A stretch of 32,000 nucleotides of DNA. Origin: Longivirga aurantiaca (GTDB taxonomy: Bacteria > Actinomycetota > Actinomycetes > S36-B12 > CAIYMF01). The position numbers were made by a program, and so were the translations under genes. A model generated the notes under the pieces. That model was not told the DNA's origin. It saw only the letters and a list, made by a program, of their open reading frames with translations, and made no database searches. This document shows positions 25,455-32,000 of the stretch, piece by piece. The DNA lies in contig NZ_JBHSTI010000008.1 in the NCBI RefSeq assembly GCF_042660085.1, positions 1,020,001-1,052,000 on the forward strand. Direction: 5' to 3'. Position 1 is the first letter of the stretch. Each line of letters starts with the position of its first letter.

Positions 25455-27575
25455 GTGAGCACCCCCGACGACGCCGACGAGCCCTCCGGCGTCGAGCGTG
25501 GCCCGACGGTGACGCGCCCCAAGAAGTCGTCGTCTGCGAACAAGAAGAGCGCCCCCGAAGCCTCGGTGGCCGAGGCGCTGGCAGCGGCCGTGGGCGGGCT
25601 CGACGGCGAGGGCGAGGACCGCCCGGGGCAGCTGCAGATGGCCGAGGCGGTCGCCTCCGCGCTCGGTGGCTCCGGTCACCTGCTCGTCCAGGCCGGCACC
25701 GGCACCGGCAAGTCGCTCGCCTACCTCGTGCCGGCGATCCTGCACGCGACGTCGCCCGAGCGCCGCGTGGTCGTCGCCACCGCCACCCTGGCGCTGCAGC
25801 ACCAGCTCGTGAGCCGCGACCTCCCACGCTTGGCGGACGCTCTCGAGCCCGTGCTGGGGCGGCGTCCGACGTACGCCGTGCTCAAGGGACGGCACAACTA
25901 CCTCTGCCTCGACCGGCTGCACCGCGGGGTGCCGGACGACTCCGACGACGATGCGCTGTTCGCCGCGCCCACCACCGTGCTGGGCAAGCAGGCCAAGGAG
26001 CTGCGCGAGTGGTCGGACGACACCGAGACCGGAGACCGCGACGACCTCCCCTTCGCCGTCGACGGGCGCGTGTGGCGCGCGGTGTCGGTGAACGGCCGCG
26101 AGTGCGTGGGCGCTGCCAAGTGCTCCTACGGCCAGGAGTGCTTCGCCGAGGCCGCTCGTGCCAAGGCGGTGCAGTCGCAGGTGGTGATCACCAACCACGC
26201 GATGCTTGCGATCCACACGCTCGACAACGTGCCCGTGCTGCCCGAGCACGACGCCGTCGTGATCGACGAGGGGCACGAGCTCGTCGACCGCGCGACGGCC
26301 GCGGTGTCGTCCGAGCTGTCGGGCCCGCTCGTCGAGCGCGCGGTGCAGCGCTCGCGCCGGCTCATCGAGGCCGACCTCGCCGACCGGCTCGACTTCGCCG
26401 CCGAGGCGCTCGGGATCGAGCTCGCGCTCCGCGCCGAGGGGTCGACGTCGTCGATCAGGCTCGAGGAGATCACGGGCTCGCTGCTGCTCGCGCTCGCCTC
26501 GGTGCGCGACACCACGCACGCGGCGATCACGGCGTTGAACGGCGCGATGAGCTCGGCGAAGGACGACCCCGAGGCGCTCGCGACCTCCACCCGCGCGCGC
26601 GGGCTGCTCACCGAGATCCACGACGTCGCCGGCGCGCTGCTCGAGATGGACGACGAGGACGTCGTGTGGATCGACACCGGCGACCGCCGCGCGCCCGTGC
26701 TCAAGCTCGCGCCGCTCTCGGTCGCGGGGCTGCTGCGCACGCAGCTGTTCGACACCTCGCGCGTGGTCGTCACGTCGGCCACGCTGCAGCTCGGCGGCTC
26801 GTTCGAGCCCGTCGCACGGTCGTTCGGCCTGCCGCTCGACGGCACGTCGTCCGCCGAGGGTGCCTGGACCGGCCTCGACGTCGGATCGCCGTTCGACCAT
26901 GCGCGCCAAGGGATCCTGTACGTCGCCACTCGCGTGCCGCCGCCGGGGCGCGGCGGCACCGACGACGCCGCGATGGAGGAGCTGGCCGACCTGATCGGTG
27001 CGGCGGGTGGTCGGACCCTGGCGCTGTTCTCGTCGTGGCGCGGCGTCGAGAAGGCCGAGGAGGCGCTCGGCGAGCTGCTGCCCGACCGTCTCCTCGACCG
27101 CAAGATCGTGCCGCTCGACGTGCCGGTCTACGTGCAGAGGCGCGGCGACTCCGTGGCCGACCTCGTGTCTCGCTTCTCGGCTCACCCGCGGTCGGTGCTG
27201 CTGGGCACGCTCTCGCTCTGGCAGGGCGTCGACGTGCCGGGGGAGGCGTGCCACCTCGTGGTGATCGACCGCATCCCGTTCCCGCGGCCGGACGATCCGC
27301 TGGTCGCCGCGCGATCGCGCTTCGCCGAGGAGCACGGGTCGAACGGGTTCACCGCGGTCTCGGTGCCGCGCGCGGCCCTGCTGCTCGCCCAGGGCGTCGG
27401 GCGGCTCATCCGTACCTCGTCCGACCGCGGGGTCGTGGCCGTGCTCGACCCGCGGCTCGCGACGTCCGGCTATGGGCCGTACCTGCGCAAGAGCCTGCCG
27501 CCGTTCTGGTTCACCACCGACGGTGCGCTCGTCCGCCAGAGCCTGACGCGCCTCGACGAGCTCGCCTCCGGCTGA
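25455..27575 (+). CDS. dinG: ATP-dependent DNA helicase, DinG family (alternative start GTG 25407)
   Basis: Walker A LVQAGTGTGKSLAYLVPAI, Cys-containing segment CVGAAKCSYGQECFAEAARAKA, VVIDEGHELVD, GTLSLWQGVDVPGEACHLVVIDRIPFPRPDDPL, and motif VI-like QGVGRLIRTSSDRGVVAVLDPRL. Confidence 0.93.
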   Translation: MSTPDDADEPSGVERGPTVTRPKKSSSANKKSAPEASVAEALAAAVGGLDGEGEDRPGQLQMAEAVASALGGSGHLLVQAGTGTGKSLAYLVPAILHATSPERRVVVATATLALQHQLVSRDLPRLADALEPVLGRRPTYAVLKGRHNYLCLDRLHRGVPDDSDDDALFAAPTTVLGKQAKELREWSDDTETGDRDDLPFAVDGRVWRAVSVNGRECVGAAKCSYGQECFAEAARAKAVQSQVVITNHAMLAIHTLDNVPVLPEHDAVVIDEGHELVDRATAAVSSELSGPLVERAVQRSRRLIEADLADRLDFAAEALGIELALRAEGSTSSIRLEEITGSLLLALASVRDTTHAAITALNGAMSSAKDDPEALATSTRARGLLTEIHDVAGALLEMDDEDVVWIDTGDRRAPVLKLAPLSVAGLLRTQLFDTSRVVVTSATLQLGGSFEPVARSFGLPLDGTSSAEGAWTGLDVGSPFDHARQGILYVATRVPPPGRGGTDDAAMEELADLIGAAGGRTLALFSSWRGVEKAEEALGELLPDRLLDRKIVPLDVPVYVQRRGDSVADLVSRFSAHPRSVLLGTLSLWQGVDVPGEACHLVVIDRIPFPRPDDPLVAARSRFAEEHGSNGFTAVSVPRAALLLAQGVGRLIRTSSDRGVVAVLDPRLATSGYGPYLRKSLPPFWFTTDGALVRQSLTRLDELASG

Positions 27576-27602
27576 GCGTCCACCGACCTCTCGCCCGCAG
27601 CC

Positions 27603-27770
27603 GGGTAACCAGGGTGCTCTCTACGACGGATTCGCCACTCAGCCACCGCGCGGGCCCCGAAGCTGGGTAACCAGGGTGCGCTCTACGACGGATTCTCCAC
27701 TCAGCTATCGCGCGGGCCCCGCAGCCGGGTAGCCAGGGTGCGTTCTACGACGGATTCGCCACTCAGCCAG
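27603..27770 (+). repeat. 62-bp tandem array B, about 2.7 units (same family as 16262-16424, opposite orientation)
   Basis: gggta[a/g]ccagggtg...ctacgacggattc[g/t]ccactcagc at 27603, 27665 and 27727 (period 62). Confidence 0.9.
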
Positions 27771-27926
27771 CACACCCGCGCGCCGGTCGTACGGGGTGCG
27801 GGGTACGCCGTCCGGTGGGCGGTCGATCCGAGGCTCGTGCGCGTCAGGTGGTTTGCGCGCTCCGCGACCGGGGAGCACAGGGTCATGCGGTGACGCGTGC
27901 TGTCGCCCCGATGAGCAGGAGCAGCC

Positions 27927-28805
27927 ATGACCTACCAGCCCGAGCGCGACGGATTCAGCGTCGCCCGTTCGAACGCCGACACCCAGGACGACCGCCCCGT
28001 CGTCGTCGACGACGACGGCACCACCCGCACCGCCGACGACGCGCACCTGGTCGACGACACGCGCACCGATCACGTCGCCAGCGAAAGGCTGGAGACCGAC
28101 CGCGACGCTGGCCGGCACACTAGGGCGACGGACGCCGAGGATGCCCACACCGTGGTCGCCGGCGACCCGCGCGCCGTCCGTGGCCGCCGTGTCGACACCG
28201 TCGCGACGACGATGATGGCGCCCTCTGCCGTCGTCGCCCGCGAGCGTGCAGCGTTCGGCGGCATCAAGTGGGGCTCGGCGTTCTTCGGCTGGCTCAGCGC
28301 GATGGGCCTCGCCGTCATCCTCACCGGCCTCGTCGCCGGCGCTGGCACGGCACTCGGCATCGCCAACGACGTGAACGGCTCGGATGTCGTGGGCGACGTG
28401 ACCCGCGGGAACGCCTCGACCATCGGCGTCGCCGGTGCGATCGCCGTACTTCTGATCATCCTGGTCTCGTACTACGCGGGCGGCTACGTCGCCGGCCGCA
28501 TGGCCCGCTTCGACGGTGCCCGCCAGGGCCTCGCCGTCTGGCTGTGGTCGATCGTGATCGCCGTCATCGTCGGCGTCGTCGCCCTCGTGGCCGGGAGCCA
28601 GTACGACGTGCTCGGCAACCTCAACGTGTTCCCGCGCCTGCCGTTCGGCGACTCCGAGCTGAGCACAGCAGGCGTCATCGCGCTGCTCGCGACGGTCGTG
28701 GTCAGCCTGCTCGGCGCCATCCTCGGCGGACTCGCGGGGATGGGCTTCCACCGCAAGGTCGACGCCGTGGCGTTCGACCCCGAGCCCGTGACCGTCTCCG
28801 CCTGA
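27927..28805 (+). CDS. Membrane protein with long charged disordered N-terminus
   Basis: MTYQPERDGFSVARSNADTQDDRP... (about 100 aa, Asp/Arg/Thr-rich), then four predicted TM segments (WGSAFFGWLSAMGLAVILTGLVAG..., ...VSYYAGGYVAGRMARFDGARQGLAVWLW...). Confidence 0.75.
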   Translation: MTYQPERDGFSVARSNADTQDDRPVVVDDDGTTRTADDAHLVDDTRTDHVASERLETDRDAGRHTRATDAEDAHTVVAGDPRAVRGRRVDTVATTMMAPSAVVARERAAFGGIKWGSAFFGWLSAMGLAVILTGLVAGAGTALGIANDVNGSDVVGDVTRGNASTIGVAGAIAVLLIILVSYYAGGYVAGRMARFDGARQGLAVWLWSIVIAVIVGVVALVAGSQYDVLGNLNVFPRLPFGDSELSTAGVIALLATVVVSLLGAILGGLAGMGFHRKVDAVAFDPEPVTVSA

Positions 28806-28973
28806 TCTCGACCGTCGGCTGAGGAGCCGACGGGTCTGGCGACGCGCACGTGGTGGAGGCACCCACTCTCCCGCCGTCCCGTGCAAGCGCCGGATATCCG
28901 GACGAGGGCCGTGACCCCGCTCGAGTCACGGTTCTCGTCATGTTTGGCGTCAGCGATTGCGGGCATTGAGCGT

Positions 28974-29016
28974 CTGCGATTCCGTCGTCTCCCGGGCCGG
29001 ATTGGGGCCGGGAGAC
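28974..29016. repeat. Imperfect hairpin repeat, copy 1 (partner 29967-30016)
   Basis: ctgcgattccgtcgtctcccgggccgg, 26 of 27 identical to 29967-29993, followed by ggccgggagacgg, which pairs back with cgtctcccgg. Confidence 0.75.
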
Positions 29017-29068
29017 GGCGGGTCCGCAGCTGGTACGCCGCCCGCCGCCGGATCACCAGAGCGCCGGA

Positions 29069-29818
29069 TCACCAGAGCGCGTAGATGGGCCCGACGAGGA
29101 AGTACGCCGTCATCCCGATCGTGTTGTTGAAGCCGTGGGCCAGGACCGCCGCCCAGAGGCTGCGGTAGTGCAGGCGGAGCACGGCGAAGAACAGGGCGTC
29201 GAGGAAGGTCAGGACGACACCGACCGTGCCCTGCTCGGTGTGGATCAGCGCGAAGAGCGCGGACGACACAAGAACAGCCACCACCACGCCAAGCGCGCCC
29301 GGACCGATCGCGTCCGCGATCCGGGTGAGGACGAAGCCGCGGAACGCGAGCTCCTCGCCGACGGCCGCGAGGGTCCACGAGAGCGCGAGCAGCACAGCAA
29401 GGCGGGCGACGTCGCCCTCCAGGCTGACGAAGGCCGACACGTCCTGCTGCTCGCCGATCAGGTGCTCGAGCACCGGCATGAACAGCGCGATCACCGCGAC
29501 CGTCCAGCCGACCGAGAGCGCGAGAACGATCCCGGCAGTCCGCCAGGGATGGTCGAGTCGTCGCATCCCCAGCGTGCTCAGGTGCTCGCGACGTACGAGC
29601 AGCGAGACCACCATGACCAGCAGGATCACCAGCGACGGCAGGGCCAGATCCAGGACGACCGCCACCGCGCAGGCCACCACCTCGACGGCAGCGACCCAGC
29701 GCCACAGCGTCGAGCACCGTCGCGGCGGATCCGAGGTGAATGCTCCGATGTCGGCGCGCGCAGCGCTCGTGAGTGCGGCCACCGTCCACCCCCAGGCGAG
29801 ATCCGTTCGGGCCGTCAT
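29069..29818 (-). CDS. CPBP-family intramembrane metalloprotease
   Basis: EELAFRGFVLTRI ... ALIHTEQGTVGVVLTFLDALFFAVLR ... LWAAVLAHGFNNTIG, with multiple TM segments. Confidence 0.88.
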   Translation of the reverse strand: MTARTDLAWGWTVAALTSAARADIGAFTSDPPRRCSTLWRWVAAVEVVACAVAVVLDLALPSLVILLVMVVSLLVRREHLSTLGMRRLDHPWRTAGIVLALSVGWTVAVIALFMPVLEHLIGEQQDVSAFVSLEGDVARLAVLLALSWTLAAVGEELAFRGFVLTRIADAIGPGALGVVVAVLVSSALFALIHTEQGTVGVVLTFLDALFFAVLRLHYRSLWAAVLAHGFNNTIGMTAYFLVGPIYALW

Positions 29819-29966
29819 CGAGGTTAGGACCGTGAGGCGCGCGGTCGCAGCCGAGCGGGCGGGGTGTCAGGCGGCTCACCGACGTGCGGCGCCTGACTGC
29901 CCGTGGCGACGGCCGGGCTGCCTCGACGTGCGGTGCGGGTCACGGCCCCGGCAGGCGGCGTACGGG

Positions 29967-30016
29967 CTGCGAATCCGTCGTCTCCCGGGCCGGTCAGGAC
30001 CTGGGAGACGACGGAT
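29967..30016. repeat. Hairpin repeat, copy 2 (partner 28974-29016)
   Basis: Perfect 14-bp arms atccgtcgtctccc (29973-29986) / gggagacgacggat (30003-30016) with a 16-nt spacer. Confidence 0.8.
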
Positions 30017-30042
30017 CCACAGATGGTGCGCCGTGCCGACGG

Positions 30043-30510
30043 TCAGGTGGCGGTGACCTGCGGCGCGTCGACGTGGCCGGCGACAACCTTGGCGTCGTTC
30101 GTCACCGCGATGTCGATGCGGCGCGGCTTGGCCTTCTCCGCCACGGGGATCGACACGGTGAGCACGCCATTCTCATAGGTCGCCGAGATGCCGTCGGTGT
30201 CGACGCCCTCGCCGAGGGAGAGCTGGCGCATGTAGCTGCCGGTGAAGCGCTCGCTCGCGAGCCACTCGACCGACTCCTCGGTGCGGCCGCTGCGCTCGGC
30301 GCGGATGGTGAGCGTGCCGTTGTCCACGTGGACGTCGACGGAGCCCGGGTCGACGCCCGGGAGGTCGGCGTGCAGCACGTAGTGGTCGCCGGACTTGTAG
30401 AGGTCCATCGGCATGAAGCGCGGTGCGCGCGGGGAGCCTGCCGGGACTCCGAGCATCTGCTCGGTCAGCCGGTCCAGGTCACGGAACGGGTCGAAACGAA
30501 GCACGGCCAT
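30043..30510 (-). CDS. Hsp20/alpha-crystallin family small heat shock protein
   Basis: MAVLRFDPFRDLDRLTEQML...MPMDLYKSGDHYVLHADLPGVDPGSVDVHVDNGTLTIRAERS...ATYENGVLTVSIPVAEKAKPRRI. Confidence 0.95.
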   Translation of the reverse strand: MAVLRFDPFRDLDRLTEQMLGVPAGSPRAPRFMPMDLYKSGDHYVLHADLPGVDPGSVDVHVDNGTLTIRAERSGRTEESVEWLASERFTGSYMRQLSLGEGVDTDGISATYENGVLTVSIPVAEKAKPRRIDIAVTNDAKVVAGHVDAPQVTAT

Positions 30511-31026
30511 GGTGACCTCCTTGGGCGCTGTTCGTGCCACCCCACCACCGCGGTGAGGCGGCTCCGTGCACGGCTCAGATTAGCAGTCGGCACCGGAGAG
30601 TGCCAAGTGGTACGACGCCCGCGATCCGATGCGGCACACCAGGTATGGGTCACCGTCTGCCCGATCAGGGGGCCGAGTCGACGCGTTCCGTGCGGCCGTC
30701 CGCGTGGTGCCGCATGAGGGGGCCGGCGTCGTCGTTCGGCGCCGTCGTACAGATCTGCTGCCACGAGGATCGATCCCCGGTCGGGCGACCTCGCCGACCT
30801 CCTCGTGCTCGGGCGTGAACCAGAACCGAGCATGGCCGGACACCACGAGGCGGGAGGCCTCGTGGTGTCCGGTCCGGGGTGGAGAACTAGAGGCGGCGCA
30901 GCACCGCGACGAGCGTGCCGACGCACGGCGACCGGTGAGCGGCTCACGAGGCGGTGGTCGGATCGGCGGCGCGTCCGACCCCTGCGCCCCGCCGGCCGGG
31001 GACGGGTCCGCGGTCGTGCGCAGGGG

Positions 31027-31065
31027 GCGGCGCCGCATCGCGTAGAGGGGGAGATGCGGCGCCGC
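31027..31065 (-). terminator. Probable terminator hairpin downstream of the repeat-protein gene
   Basis: 13-bp perfect arms gcggcgccgcatc (31027-31039) / gatgcggcgccgc (31053-31065), 13-nt loop, about 22 nt past the stop codon of 31087-31854. Confidence 0.55.
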
Positions 31066-31086
31066 GTCGGGGACGTCCGAGGACGT

Positions 31087-31854
31087 CTACATGCTGGCCA
31101 GGATGGCCCGCTCGGCCACGTCGGGGCCGCCGGACATCCAGTAGGCGATGCCGGCCCGCTCGGCCACGTCGGGACCGCCGGACAGCACCGGGACGAGCCC
31201 TGCGCGCTCGGCCACGTCGGGGCCACCGGACTTCCAGTAGCCCGGCACCGAGGTCTTCGCGAGGATCGCGCGCTCGGCCACGTCGGGGCCGCCGGACAGC
31301 ACCGGGACGAGCCCTGCGCGCTCGGCCACGTCGGGGCCGCCGGACATCCAGTAGCCCGGCACCGAGGTCTTCGCGAGGATCGCGCGCTCGGCCACGTCGG
31401 GACCGCCGGACATGCCGTCATCGAGGGCGGCCGCCAGGGCCATGCGCTCGAGACCGGCGCGCTCCGCGACGTCGACACCGCCGGGGAGCAGGTACTCGAT
31501 GCCCGCGCGCTCGGCCACGTCGGGTCCGCCCGACATGTCCGTGACGACGGGGATGAGCGTGACAGGCGCCGGCGCCGGAGGCGCGGGCGGCTGGGTCTGG
31601 GTCGTCGACATCAGCTGGATCACGATCGCCGCGACCACCATGCCGACGAGGACGACGATGATGAGCCCGACCAGGATCGGGGAGGGACGCGCCGCCGGGG
31701 CGGGCGTCGGAGTCGTGCCGACGGGCGGAATCGTCGGGGACACCTCCACCTTGGGGGTGTCCGTGAGCGCGTGCAGCGACGAGATGTCGTCCGGGACGAC
31801 GGGCTGCTCGTGCAGGGTGTCGAACTCATGCGGGTTCTGCGTGGGAGTACTCAT
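31087..31854 (-). CDS. Single-pass membrane protein with eight (S/P)GG(P/V)DVAERA repeats
   Basis: N-terminal ~60 aa, TM PILVGLIIVVLVGMVVAAIVIQL, Pro/Ala/Thr stalk, then eight copies of the 10-aa motif separated by variable segments (GIEYLL, GLERMALAAALDDGM, ILAKTSVPGYW x2, GLVPVL x2, GIAYWM, ILASM). Confidence 0.85.
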   Translation of the reverse strand: MSTPTQNPHEFDTLHEQPVVPDDISSLHALTDTPKVEVSPTIPPVGTTPTPAPAARPSPILVGLIIVVLVGMVVAAIVIQLMSTTQTQPPAPPAPAPVTLIPVVTDMSGGPDVAERAGIEYLLPGGVDVAERAGLERMALAAALDDGMSGGPDVAERAILAKTSVPGYWMSGGPDVAERAGLVPVLSGGPDVAERAILAKTSVPGYWKSGGPDVAERAGLVPVLSGGPDVAERAGIAYWMSGGPDVAERAILASM

Positions 31855-32000
31855 GACGACCTCCCAGGTCGCGACGCCGATTCCCTGGCGTCCAGCTCAA
31901 GGATAGATCGCGGCCGAGGTCGTAGCGCGCCGGGCGAGCCCGGGCGCCGGGTGCTGCTGGGGCCCGCCCGACCCGCACGCGCCGAGGGCCGAGAACCAGA

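Noticed and set aside
30954-31544. Plus-strand Arg/Pro-rich repeated ORF
   Set aside because: It is the antisense shadow of the SGGPDVAERA repeat gene. The minus frame has a clear TM, stalk and repeat architecture and a start codon.
31985-31996. agggccgagaac at the window end matching the reverse complement of gttctcggccct at 11020-11031
   Set aside because: Only 12 nt in a GC-rich genome and cut by the window edge. Too weak to call a repeat family.
1-32000. Prophage, transposon, restriction-modification or other defence system, tRNA/rRNA genes
   Set aside because: No transposase, integrase, capsid, methyltransferase or nuclease defence signatures and no tRNA-like sequences were recognised in the supplied ORFs or intergenic DNA.

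Overview
High-GC (actinobacterial) chromosomal window. The backbone is conserved housekeeping genes: rny, miaB, an LigB-like gene, miaA, dapF, hflX and dinG. Cell-envelope and metabolic genes sit between them: an OatA-like acyltransferase with an SGNH domain, a PAP2 phosphatase, a NodB-type deacetylase lipoprotein, an ATP-grasp ligase overlapping a proline dehydrogenase, a PIG-L deacetylase and a GT4 glycosyltransferase. A local cluster of GGDEF genes (two intact, one degenerate, one apparent frameshifted remnant) lies at 21.7-25.3 kb. The right end (27.6-32 kb) looks accessory. It carries an acidic-N-terminal membrane protein, a CPBP protease, Hsp20, and a single-pass membrane protein whose presumed exported part holds eight copies of (S/P)GG(P/V)DVAERA separated by variable hydrophobic segments. 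The most unusual signals are: (1) that repeat protein; (2) two distant intergenic arrays in opposite orientation with the same 62-bp period and a shared ~40-nt core; (3) a ~91-nt multi-stem RNA-like element between rny and the PAP2 gene; (4) a near-palindromic 62-nt hairpin upstream of dapF; (5) an intergenic repeat on both sides of the CPBP gene; (6) a small acidic protein with four DxDGDGTxD motifs. No CRISPR array, tRNA/rRNA, transposase, phage module or clear defence system could be supported. All product calls come from motif recognition by eye, with no database search.
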